Origin: the human T2T-CHM13v2.0 reference genome, Homo sapiens
Assembly: GCF_009914755.1 (NCBI RefSeq)
Contig: NC_060932.1
Reading direction: 5' to 3' (one strand)
Length of the DNA: 64,000 nt
Each line of letters begins with the position of its first letter. Positions within the stretch are counted from its first letter, which is position 1. The position numbers and the translations under genes are program-made. Positions 42,617-56,928 of the stretch are shown here, one piece after another. The notes under the pieces were generated by a model. That model saw nothing but the letters and a program-made list of their open reading frames with translations. It was not told the DNA's origin and did not search any database.

Positions 42617-43666
42617 CTGAAACATGAAACCAAACAGGCTTTGATATTTTTTTTTTTTTAATTACTTTCCCCTTTTGCTTGATTCTTCTTCCTTGGTATC
42701 ATATTCAAAGGAGGAAAGAATGGATGACACTTAGGGACAGGTCACTAAGCAGAATAGGTATTAGTTGGTTTTTTATTATTTTTAAATTTATATAGCTCTC
42801 ATGTATTGAAGGTGCTACTTTAAAAACTGTGTTAATGTACTTGCAAATCTCCTGCTGGCTCATGAAACAGCAGAATTCCAGCCAAGGCAAATTCAGTTGG
42901 ATCTAGGGCTTGAAAACTGCCCAAGATTAAAGAGCTAAGATGAAATAGTTTGAATAAACTGGTAAAATAACAATTCATACTATCTCTACATATTTTTAGG
43001 ATATGAATTTTTTTTTCCTGCTGGGTAGATTGTCCAGTGACTTATGGCATGAATTTCTTTTCATGCTACCTTCAATCTTCAACTAAAGATTTCTAAAAGG
43101 GGTAAGAAATGAGGCAGTAGTTTATTAAATACATAGAAGTACACAGCTATTATATGCTGTGGCTTTGAGAAGTTAACTTTTGTGGAATATGAAACCAAAG
43201 GAAGAATTTCCATGTAGATAAATTAAGAATAGGGAAAAACATCTACCTAAAAGATGGTTGTCCCTAAAAAACTGGAAACATCTGAAATGCTCTATTTATG
43301 TTATTATTCCTGGGAGCTTATAGCCCATTATTTTTACTTTTTTTTTTTAATTCAGAAGACTAGAACAGAACTTAAATTTTACAAACTTTTGATCATAATG
43401 CTTTTGCCCATACTGTCTCGTCCTTAGCCCCAGTGACATGTGCTGATCCTCCTGCCTTTAGTTCTAAATGGTTCTGAATAGCTTTAAAAGATGAATAAGA
43501 AAAAAGATCAAGCTCTTTTGAGGCTAGAGGGCTCATATGGAGATCTAAAACCCTCCATGTTCATTTCCAGACTTGGTCAGGCACATACATAGTAAATTAT
43601 AATCAATCATGGGAATTACATAAGGATAATGAGGCCCAACTGAAACCAAGTTTCAGTCTGCCTTAC

Positions 43667-43829
43667 CTTTACCCGTCCTTGAGAACAGCGGTCCAGGAGA
43701 ATCAGGCAGTCTGTGGCCTCCTGTAGCAGGGCGCTCTTAACAGACTCAGGTGTAAGGTTTGGATCCCTTGCTACATCACAAATCAGTTTCAAGAGGGCCT
43801 TCAGTAAGACCACAAGTCTGCAGGAAACT
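43667..43829 (-). CDS. TTI2: TTI2 coding exon 6 (VSCRLVVLLKALLKL...SQGRVK)
   Basis: ttccag| and AAG|gtaagg, 163 nt. Confidence 0.96.
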
Positions 43830-44394
43830 CTGGAATCAGGAAGAAAAGCTATGTTCATACTCTAAATCTGGATATTAAAATTGGAAGAGACTTCAAAGAC
43901 TGTCAAGTGGAAAGCTATCATTTCCTAAATTAAGGAACTTAGGTCAAAGTTAAATGAAAAAGACCTAAAAACAGAACCAAAGTCAGCCTCTAGATTTCTT
44001 ACCCTCAAGTCTCCTGTTAGCATACTGCCTATACACACAGACACACCCTCTGCCACACTGCTCTCTTCCTTCCAGAAGCTTGGTTCTACTATAAGCAACA
44101 GCTCCTTCATGGGCTGAGAAGGGGAAACCAGGATCTCCCCAACCAAGGGCCTATACTTTTATTTTTCAACTCTATTAACTGAACTATGCTTGGAGAGAGC
44201 CCTGAATCCTTTAACTTTAATGCCATCTTAGGCCTGGAAGTTAGAGTGAGGGAAATGAGCTTGGCTTCTGGGACTGTGTCAAGTTGAATTTTCTGTCATT
44301 TAATTTCAGATCCTAGCTCATCATCAGTGAAGTCCAGCCTACTTACTTGTAACTATTAACCTTTCTAAAAGTTTTCATCGCCTTGGTAAAGCTC

Positions 44395-44515
44395 CAGAAA
44401 TGGACAATGCTAGTGACTGCACAATATTGTGACTGTACTTAATGCCACTGAACTGTACACTTTAAAATGGAAAATTTATATGTATTTTTACCACAATAAA
44501 CAAAAAACCCTAAAA
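44395..44515 (+). mobile_element. L1MB-like 3' terminal fragment
   Basis: GTACTTAATGCCACTGAACTGTACACTTTAAAATGG...TTTTACCACAATAAA. Confidence 0.7.
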
Positions 44516-46263
44516 AAACTTTAATGAAAGGTGGAAAATAATTTAACTTATAATGTGAAAATACAATGTGAAATGTACAATAAATCATATTTATGGACAG
44601 ATGCGTGACTGGGAGAAAAAAGTTTTCATCTCTATCTAAATACTCCTCATTTTCCTATGGTTTGGGTGCCTCTCAGCCCTCGTTATTCAACTTATAATCG
44701 GCTCTGTTTTCCATTTCCCATGCTTCACCCCCTCATACGCATACACACATATTCCTTTTCTACCTCCCTACATTTATTCACTCTCCCTTCTTGGAATCTT
44801 GGTCTCTGCTCTTTAAAGACCTGACAATCTGATTCGATTTTATTCATCCATTGATTCATTCTCTTCCAGTCCATTCATTCTTTGAATATTTGTATACCTA
44901 ATACTAGGTACTGAACATACTTTGGGAGAATATAATAGATGTGGTTTTCCGTTATCCTGGAGATTATAATTCCGTAGGGAGAAAGATAGTAAACAAATGC
45001 AACCTAGTTACCAATATGACTAAGGGAAAGGTTGTCATGGGGAAATGTTACTCTGGATTCCTTGCACATTTATAAGGAAGTGAGAGAATACGGTGCAGAA
45101 TAGCTACTGTATGTTGTTGGGGCACTAGATTCTCTGGCTGAATTCAATTTTCAGCTATGCAAGAGATGCTTCTGCTGACTCCACAGTTTGGGTTCCAGTT
45201 CCTGACACCTACCTCAAGCCAGAGTTGGAATGATTTCCAAGCAAGTATATCCTACATTAGTATGCTTTTTTTAAATTTTTATTATTTTTTTTTATATTTT
45301 GAGACAGAGTCTCGCTCCGTCACCCAGTCTGGAGTGCAGTGGTTCCATCGCACCTCACTGCAACCTCTGCCTCCTGGGTCCAAGTGATTCTACTGCTTCA
45401 GCCTCCTGAGTAGCTGGGACTACAGGTGCGCGCCACCATGCCCGGCTAAGTTTTGTATATTTAGTAAAGACGGGGTTTCACCATATTGGCCAGGCTGGTC
45501 TTGAACTCCTGACCTTAGGTGATCCACCAGCCTTGCCCTCCCAAAGTGCTGGGATTACAGGCGTGAGCCACCGCACCTGGCCTCTAGATTGGTATTCTGA
45601 TCACTGCTCTGCAGATGTTAAATGATGTGCTATGAAGTACTCTATTCTCAATTAGATTTAAAGAACATTAGGATTAACAAAGTTAAGCAAATGTTTTATT
45701 GCAACACTTCTAAATGACCTTTAATCTTCTAATATGCATTCTAAATCTAGAGAGAGGTACAACCTGTATGGTTTCCCAACCTATTTGACCACAGAATTTT
45801 TTTTTTTTTCCTGTGGGGCATCAAAGAGTACCTAGATGGAGATTCTGCAAAACACCAATCTAAACCATTCTTAAGATATATAGCCAGGCACAGTGGCCCA
45901 CGCCTATAATCCCAGCACTTTAGGAGGCTGAGGAGGGGAAATCACGAGGTCAGGAGTTCGAGACCAGCCTGGCCAACATGGTGAAACACCATCTCTACTA
46001 AAAATTTTTTAAAAATTAGCCAGGCATAGTGGAGGGCACCTGTAATCCCAGCTACTCAGGAGGCTAAGGCAGGAGAATCACTTGAATCCAGGAGGCAGAG
46101 GTTGCAGTGAGCTGAGATCGCGCCATTGCACTCCGGCCTGGGTGACAGAGCAATACTCCATCTCAAAAACAAAAACAAAAACAAAACTGGGCATGGTGGC
46201 TCACGCCTGTAACCCCAGCACTTTGGGAGGCCAAGGCGGGTGGATTACAAGGTCAGGAGTTCA

Positions 46264-46563
<300 letters not shown>

Positions 46564-46768
46564 TCAACTATGAGCACCTCAAGTAACTATAGTATATTTT
46601 ATCTTTCTAATGCCATTTTCTCAGTTTAAAATCCTATAGGTGTGTGAAAATGGGAGGTATTCAAATACATAGTATACATTTAATACTTTGTACTGAATGT
46701 ATTAAATACATCCAAGCAAGTTCTCAAGAGAAAATCGGCTGAGTTTTGCACCTTAAGGCTGCTATTAC

Positions 46769-46912
46769 CTGGGCCAAGTATGTTGCATGAGAAGTTTTAG
46801 GGTTTCCAATATCTTCAGTCTAGCTTCCTCCTCAGGTCCATCATAAACCTCCAGATAACCAATGATGACTCTCTCCAGCCTCTTTAAGTGCCGGACAGTT
46901 AGGATCCCCAAC
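46769..46912 (-). CDS. TTI2: TTI2 coding exon 5 ([15 protein letters not shown]...MQHTWPR)
   Basis: ctttag| and AG|gtaata, 144 nt. Confidence 0.96.
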
Positions 46913-47087
46913 CTAAAGATGAAAGAGAAAATATGACGCCAGTGCAGTGGCTCATGCCTGTAATCCCAGTACTTTGGGAGGCTGAGGTGGGAGGATTGCT
47001 TGAGGCCAGGAGCTCGAGAGCAGCTCAAGCAACATAGCAAGATCCTGTCTGTATAAAATAATAATAAATAAAAGCCCAGGGCCTCAC

Positions 47088-47275
47088 CTGTTCACGAAAG
47101 CCGGCAGGTTTCTTGCGTAGGTCCTGCGTAAAAGAAGGCGGTGCTCTGGCTCCATGTGGGTCAGGATCAGCCGCAGGACCTCATCACAATGGGTGGTGGG
47201 TCGAGCTCCATCTCCTTTCCAGTGCAGGGTTTTCTCCAGGATGGGGAATAAATCCAGCAGACACAGGAGCACAGC
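47088..47275 (-). CDS. TTI2: TTI2 coding exon 4 (AVLLCLLDLFPILEK...LPAFVNR)
   Basis: tcctag| and AG|gtgagg, 188 nt. Confidence 0.96.
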
Positions 47276-47627
47276 CTAGGAGGAAGGAATGGAAGGACGG
47301 TGCATAGTTCATCCATTTGCATTTACAATACTCACTGACTTCTCTAGAACTTCATTAATCTACCGTCCTTAGGGTCCATACCAGAGAATTCTAAGATACT
47401 AGTAATCATATATGAACTGCACATTACTTTACATTTTCAAACTTTTTTACATTCTTAATCTCCATCTGACAGTCTCAAATCAATACATTCTCCTCAGGAC
47501 CATTCTTTGCTAATTTATAAAATCGGAAAAATGGCAGAGCTGGGACTTTAATCCAGATCTGAGGAATCTAAGTCTACTGTTACTATGTCACTAAGTCTAA
47601 GTGACTTAGTGATACATGATATTTACA

Positions 47628-47661
<34 letters not shown>

Positions 47662-47905
47662 TGAGACAGAGTCACTCTGTCACCTAGGCTGAAGGACAGT
47701 GGTGCAATCTTGGCTCACTGCAACCTCCGCTTCTCAGGCTCAAGCGATTCTCGTGCCTCAGCCACCTAACTAGTTGGGACTACAGGTGTGCACCACCACA
47801 CTTGGCTAACTTTTCTATTTTTTAGTAGAGACAGAGTTTCACCATCCTGGCCTCAAGTGATCCACTCGCCTTGGCTTCCTAAAGTGCTAGGGTTTATCCC
47901 TAGGC

Positions 47906-48121
47906 CAGGGGTATCCAATCTTTTGGCTTCCCTGGGTCACAGTGGAAGAAGAATTGTCTTGGGCTACATATAAAATACACTAACACTAATGACAGCTGAT
48001 GAGCTTTAAAAAAAAAATGCAAAAAAAATCTTACAACATTTTAAGAAAGTTTACAGATTTGTGTTGGGCTGCATGCAAAGCCATCTTGGGATGCATGCAG
48101 GCCATGGCTTGGACAAGCTTG
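47906..48121 (+). mobile_element. MER30 non-autonomous hAT-Charlie DNA transposon
   Basis: CAGGGGTATCCAATCTTTTGGCTTCCCTGGG...TTGGACAAGCTTG, full length against the recalled consensus. Confidence 0.85.
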
Positions 48122-48349
48122 GTTCAGGTACTTCCTTTTAACTTTCCTGGGACCTTTGGTTTTTCTCTTGGTGTTTTGGTTTTCTAAAATTTATTTTCTC
48201 TACCACCTTAAGAACCCCAGCCTTTCCAGCTGTTACAATCTGGATTCTCAATACCCAGTATTTAAAATACTGTAAAAAGAAAAAGAGGCTGGGTGCAGTG
48301 GCCTATGCCTGTAATCCTAGTATCTTGGGAAGCCAAGGCGGGCGGATCA

Positions 48350-48565
<216 letters not shown>

Positions 48566-48818
48566 TCAAAAAAATAAATTAAATAAAATAAAAATAAAGG
48601 CAGCAGGGTGGGGAGGGGGAAAGGAGGGAAGTAAGGCATAAAAAAGAAACAACGTTGCTTCCACCTCTCATTTTATATAACTTGTTTCTTCTGTCTTTGT
48701 AGTTTCTTTCTCCCTCCTAAGAAACTTTTACTTATTCATCCTTCATAAAGCTAAGTATCACCTCCTTCCCAAAACCTCCTAAAGTCAACCCAAACCTAGT
48801 TAGTTACCTATTGCTTGA

Positions 48819-48974
<156 letters not shown>

Positions 48975-49022
48975 TAGAGGCATGCGCCACCATGCCTGGC
49001 TAATTTTGCATTTGTTTTTTAG

Positions 49023-49205
<183 letters not shown>

Positions 49206-49714
49206 TAGCCAGGATGGTCTCGATCTCCCGACCTCGTGATCCGCCCACCTCAGCCTCTCAAAGTGCTAGGATTACAGATGTGAGCAACCATGCCCAGCAA
49301 TTTTGCATTTTTAGTAGAACAGGGTTTCTCCATGTTGGTCAGGTTGGTCTTGAACTCCCAACCTCAGGTGGTCTGCCTGCCTCGGCCTCCCAAAATGCTG
49401 GGATTACAGGCGTGAGCCCTCACGCCTGGCCACCCACTGCGCTTTATACAAACCTCTTCTAATGCAGTCATCATTCTGTACTGTATATATATGTAGACAT
49501 CTAAGTACATATTCGTATTTACATAAATGTCTTTTCCAAAGCTTATCTTAAAGCCAAAAATCCCTATCCGTTCATTTACTCTTGGAACCATGTCTGTTGG
49601 ATGAAATAATAAATCACACTCCGATATCTAACATGCAAGAAGTTTCAAGTGTGTGTGCTGATATAAGGCAAAACAGAACACTTAACTAATAAAAATAGAC
49701 TTTTTCAGACATAA

Positions 49715-49942
<228 letters not shown>

Positions 49943-50143
49943 TAGCCAGGATGGTCTTGATCTCCTGACCTCGTGATCCGCCTGCCTCGGCCTCCCAAAG
50001 TGCTGGGATTTACAGGTGTGAGCCACAGTGCCAGGCTTTTTTTTTTTTTTTAAATTGAGACGGAGTCTCGCACTGTCACCCAGGCTGGAGTGCAGTGACG
50101 TGACCTCAGCTCACTGCAACCTCCGCCACCCGGGTTCAAATGA

Positions 50144-50356
<213 letters not shown>

Positions 50357-50574
50357 TGACTCAGATGAATAAAAAACACTGTCTTATCTGTGGAGACTCA
50401 GGAATGTGGAGGCCTGCTTGGTGCTGAGATATTTTTAACTTGGCAACGCTTTTAGTTATCATCCTCACTTTCCAAGGCAGGAAAATGTCTCTCAATTACT
50501 ACTACTCACACAATGCAACCTTCTACTCAAATTCAGAGAATCCAGACCCAGTTATGAAGAAATCATACTATTAC

Positions 50575-50667
50575 CTGAATGAGGTGGTGCTCTGGTGTGT
50601 ACAGGTGGTTGGAAATGGCATGGTATAGGACCTGGGCTCTGTTATACTGGAGCAAATCAGCAGCTGG
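50575..50667 (-). CDS. TTI2: TTI2 coding exon 3 (PAADLLQYNRAQVLYHAISNHLYTPEHHLIQ)
   Basis: ttgcag| and CAG|gtaata, 93 nt; absent from the ORF track but in frame. Confidence 0.95.
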
Positions 50668-50752
50668 CTGCAACCAGACAAATCGTCAAATTAAAAGAAT
50701 AGTTTCCCAAGATTGGCACATGTTGACTATCTTTGAAATTGGATTATGGGTA

Positions 50753-52034
<1,282 letters not shown>

Positions 52035-53096
52035 GGTACATGGAGATTAATTATACCACTCTCTCTACTTCTGTGTATATTTTAAAAGCTCCATAGTACA
52101 AAGTTTTTTTAAAAAATTTTTCCTTGAGTAATAGCTTCCACATTTGGATATAGTCCCTTTCAGGCTCTGATTTTGTTTGTTTTGTTTTCGTCCTTGAAAC
52201 TCAACTGTAGGCCGGGCGGGGTGGCTCATCTCTATAATCCCAGCACTATGGGAGCCCAAGACAGGCAGATCACCTGAGGTCAGGAGTTCGAGACGGACGT
52301 GGCCAATATGGTGAAACCCCATTTCCACTAAAAATACAAAAATTAGCTGGGTGTGGTGGCTGCTACTAGGGATCCCCAGCTACTAGGGAGGCTGAGGCAA
52401 GAGAATCACTTGAACCCGGGAGGCAGAGGCTGCAGTGAGCCAAGATCACACTCCAGCCCAGGCGACAGAGTGATAATGTCTCAAAAAAAAAAAAAAAAAA
52501 AAAGAAAGAAAGAAAGGAAGTAGGCCAGGTGCAGTGGCTCACGCCTGTAATCCCAGCACTTTGGGAGGCTGAGGCTGAGGCAGGTGGATCACGAGGTCAG
52601 GAGTTGAAGACCGGCCTGGCCAAGATGGTGAAACCCCATCTCTACTAAAAATACAAAAATTAGTTGGGCATGGTGGCACGCAGCTGTAATCCCAGCTACT
52701 CGGGAGGCAGAGGCGGAGAATTGCTTAAACCTAAGAGGTGGAGGTTGCAGTGGGACAAGATCACACCACTGCACTCTAGCCTGGGTGATAGAGTGAGACT
52801 CCCTCTCAAAAAAAAAAAAAAAAAAAAAAAAGAAAGAAAATCAACTGTTGACCAGTTCTCAACATCTGGTTATTCAGTTTGATAATGACCCATGCCTTCC
52901 TGTTTCTTCTATAATTATCATTTTAGTTATTACATTACCTATAGGATACAACTTCTACCAGGTGGATAGAGGAAAAATATAAGGAGAAAATACAAATAAG
53001 TAAAGTTGAATGACTTAGCATTACTAGAAATGAAGAACAGCCAGGAATGACTCAGTCTGTCCTGTCAACACAGATGACAAGCCAGAGGTTGCTTAC

Positions 53097-53283
53097 CACA
53101 TTAAGCACAATGTGATGGAGACAGTGTACACCCAGGATTTTGTTCTCAGTCTGATAGTCATCTGAAATGACCAATGATGCGGGAAGTACCCTTTCCAGAT
53201 GCTGGCTCAGCCAGGGCCGAGTGACCTGTTGCAGAGTCCATGAGAAAACATGTTTGATGGCAGGGTTATTCTTCCAGGATTCC
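53097..53283 (-). CDS. TTI2: TTI2 coding exon 2 (ESWKNNPAIKHVFSWTL...HIVLNV)
   Basis: acttag| and GTG|gtaagc, 187 nt. Confidence 0.96.
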
Positions 53284-53751
53284 CTAAGTGAATACATAGA
53301 ATTACATTAAGTGACATGGTGATAAGTAGCAAAAAAAAAAAAAAAAAAACTACTTCAAGCTAAACAGAGTATTTTCATGTCTTTGAAAAAAAAAATACAT
53401 CGCACATAAGATAACTCTTGATTCTATATCATACATTCTAAGATCTGGATTAAAATAACTTCCATAACTTACACCAAATAATCACCCAGGGCTTTGGGTC
53501 TACAGCCTATCCAATGAGAAGGAGTCAATTATAACCAGAGCTACATAAAGGACTTATGGTGATGGATGGTGAAGGTATGTTGAGAAGGGAGGGAGGAGTA
53601 AAGGAAATGGATTAGTAGTATTACACTAAGGAAACAAATGAATCAACACTTGAACACCTGTTAATCGCTAATAAAGTGAGTGTACACACGACTTAACTAA
53701 TTCTCAAAATAATTACTGTGTAATAGGTACATTATATTTATTTTGAAATAG

Positions 53752-54045
<294 letters not shown>

Positions 54046-54395
54046 TAGAAACAAACAGATTCAGATAACTGTCTAATCTGGTCCTACTCAGAGCAACAAA
54101 TAGAAGCACGAAACTCAAAATCAAGCCTTTTAATTCCGTGTTCCTGGTAAAATGACAGTTACAGATACTTTTTCTCTCATTACTCCAGTGCTAACAAAGT
54201 AGCAAGTGGAAACTCATTGAAAGAACTTCAGCTAACAGTAATCTAAAGGTGCTTTTCACTTTTTATCCTAAACATGGCTTTCTTAGCTGACAGTCATCCT
54301 TCTCTAACAAGCAGTAATGAGATTCAAGATCCCCAAGTCTAAATTCAAACCATAAGTTTAAATCCTCTCTAAATCCCCCATCCAAATTCTAGTAA

Positions 54396-54717
<322 letters not shown>

Positions 54718-55036
54718 TAAGTGGGACAGAATTTCCAATTTTCCTAGGCAGTCGTCCTAAGGGCTGGAAAGAGCATTGGACAACTGAGCCCGAACATCTC
54801 AGTTATGACCTCCAATTTGCCACTATCCAGTTATGTCATTTATAGCAAATCACAACGTTTCTGGGCCTTAAGAGATCCGTGGTTACAGCACCCTTATTTT
54901 ACTGCTGAAGAAACTGAGCTTCCTTTGAGGTATAACGCTATAAAAAATTAAGCTAGGGCAGGCGCAGTGGCTCACGCCTGTAATCCCAGCATTTTGGGAG
55001 CCCGAGGCGGGTGGATCACTTGAGGTCAAGAGTTCA

Positions 55037-55312
<276 letters not shown>

Positions 55313-55316
55313 TCAC

Positions 55317-55963
55317 TTATACAAGTCGGGTTTGAGAAGCCCTAGTATCACCGAAAGTCTCCCTTTCTCATCTTCATTTTCTCCATGTAGGAATCCTGCC
55401 ACAGAACCGCATTCAGTAACTTGAAGCAGTGAGGTGAGCACCTCCCTAGCAACTTCCCGAGATCTCGGAGTGGTCCATGGTTGCTCCAAGCTGTGTGTGA
55501 TGGCAAAAATATAAACGGGTCCTGCCAAGTGATGCAGGCCCGTCTGCCATGCAGGGCCGACCAGGGAATTCTTAGCAGTCTCAACTTTCCCTAACAGTTT
55601 AAGAAACAGTAACCCAACTTGGGCTGCTTTCTCGGCCGCTTCGGAGTGCCCATCACCTCCACCTTCCTCCTCCTTGGAGGGGGCTGCATACTTCTCCAGG
55701 GCTTTTGCTACCTGCCCCAGTGTCTCCGGCATTCCGCGGAGCCGTGCACCAGTCCCCTCAAATAACCTATCAAATCCTGTGGCTTCTATTAGATCACCGA
55801 GGTCTTTAAGAACTGCATCTTTTACGTTGCCTCGTCGTGCCTCCGGGCGGGCAAGACAGTGTAAAATCTTGGAGAAGGCCTGTCCAAAGGCGGAGTGAGA
55901 CAACTCCTCGGACAAATTAGAGTCTTCCTGCGATGGGGCTTCCAGAGCGCTGTCAAGCTCCAT
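55317..55963 (-). CDS. TTI2: TTI2 first coding exon ([14 protein letters not shown]...LKPDLYK); TELO2-interacting protein 2, TTT co-chaperone subunit
   Basis: ATG at 55963 (ggaATGG); AA|gtgagt donor at 55316; the seven exons sum to 1527 nt = 508 aa + stop. Confidence 0.97.
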
Positions 55964-56062
55964 TCCTGACTGCAGCACCAGAAGGCTGGTCTCTCCCACA
56001 GAACGAGGATGGAGGCGGGGAGGGATCCGTTGAAGAGGGAAGGAGCGATCACCCAAAGAGAA
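55964..56062 (-). other. TTI2: TTI2 5'UTR part of exon 2
   Basis: Acceptor ttttatttgattttag| ends at 56063. Confidence 0.8.
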
Positions 56063-56141
56063 CTAAAATCAAATAAAATAAAACAGAGAGATATCTTGGA
56101 GGAGGGGGCGAGTCTGACCGGGATAAGAATAAAGAGAAAGG

Positions 56142-56247
56142 GTGAACCCGGGAGGCGGAGTTTGCAGTGAGCCGAGATCGCGCCACTGCACTCCAGCCTG
56201 GGCGACAGAGTGAGACTCCGTCTCAGTAAAAAAAAAAAAAAAAAAAA
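56142..56247 (+). mobile_element. 5'-truncated AluY-like insertion with TSD
   Basis: Only the last ~85 nt of Alu plus A-tail; flanked by AAGAATAAAGAG(G)AAAGG at 56125-56141 and 56246-56263. Confidence 0.85.
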
Positions 56248-56431
56248 GAATAAAGAGGAAAGGACGCAAGAAAGGGAAAGGGGACTCTCAGGGAGTAAAA
56301 GAGTCTTACACTTTTAACAGTGACGTTAAAAGACTACTGTTGCCTTTCTGAAGACTAAAAAGAAAAAAAACTTAAAAATTTAAAGAAATAAACTTCTGAG
56401 CCATGTCACCAACTTAACCACCCCCAGGTAC

Positions 56432-56500
56432 CTGCAACGGCTCGCGCCCGCCGGTGTCTAACAGGATCCGGACCTAGCTCATATTGCTGCCGCAAAACGC
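56432..56500 (-). other. TTI2: TTI2 non-coding exon 1 (TSS approximate)
   Basis: CAG|gtacct donor at 56431 in a CpG-rich segment. Confidence 0.65.
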
Positions 56501-56616
56501 AAGGCTAGCTTCCGCCAGTACTGCCGCAACACCTTCTTATTTCACGACGTATGGTCGTAAAGCAATAAAGATCCAGGCTCGGGAAAATAACGGAGAGGTG
56601 GAACTATAGAGAATAA

Positions 56617-56624
56617 ATTTGCAT
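56617..56624 (+). promoter_or_regulatory. Octamer motif (distal sequence element) of SNORD13
   Basis: Perfect ATTTGCAT at -208, the canonical DSE distance. Confidence 0.85.
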
Positions 56625-56764
56625 ATATAATAATCCGCTCGCTAATTGTGTTTCTGTTTTCCTTTGCTAAGGTAGAAACAAAAGAATAATCACAGAATCT
56701 CAGTGGGACTTTGAAAATATCCAGGATTTTATACGTGAAGAATGGATGTATCGCATTACGGTAG

Positions 56765-56784
56765 TCACCCTATGTGTAAATTAG
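56765..56784 (+). promoter_or_regulatory. snRNA-type proximal sequence element (PSE) of SNORD13
   Basis: TCACCCTATGTGTAAATTAG at -60 to -41, similar to U1/U2 PSEs; no TATA follows, so Pol II type. Confidence 0.8.
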
Positions 56785-56824
56785 TGGCACATACTTGGCA
56801 CTCCTTAATGTCAACTGTAAGATG

Positions 56825-56928
56825 ATCCTTTTGTAGTTCATGAGCGTGATGATTGGGTGTTCATACGCTTGTGTGAGATGTGCCACCCTTGAACCTTGTT
56901 ACGACGTGGGCACATTACCCGTCTGACC
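56825..56928 (+). ncRNA. SNORD13: U13 box C/D snoRNA (guides NAT10 acetylation of 18S rRNA C1842)
   Basis: 104-nt match to recalled U13 (ATCCTTTTGTAGTTCATGAGCGTGATGA...CCCGTCTGACC); box C GTGATGA at 56846-56852, box D CTGA at 56923-56926; intact upstream promoter and no A-tail, so the source gene rather than a pseudogene. Confidence 0.96.

Larger units (their letters stand above)
41969..44600 (+). other. MAK16: MAK16 3'UTR (long form; end approximate), antisense to the last two TTI2 exons
   Basis: First plus-strand AATAAA at 42953; further ones at 44495 and 44579 (the last preceded by TGTA). Confidence 0.6.

Noticed and set aside
55964-56056. ORF-track start at 56056 (TTG) as the TTI2 start
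   Set aside because: The ATG at 55963 gives the recognised 508-aa protein; the extension is kept only as a hypothesis
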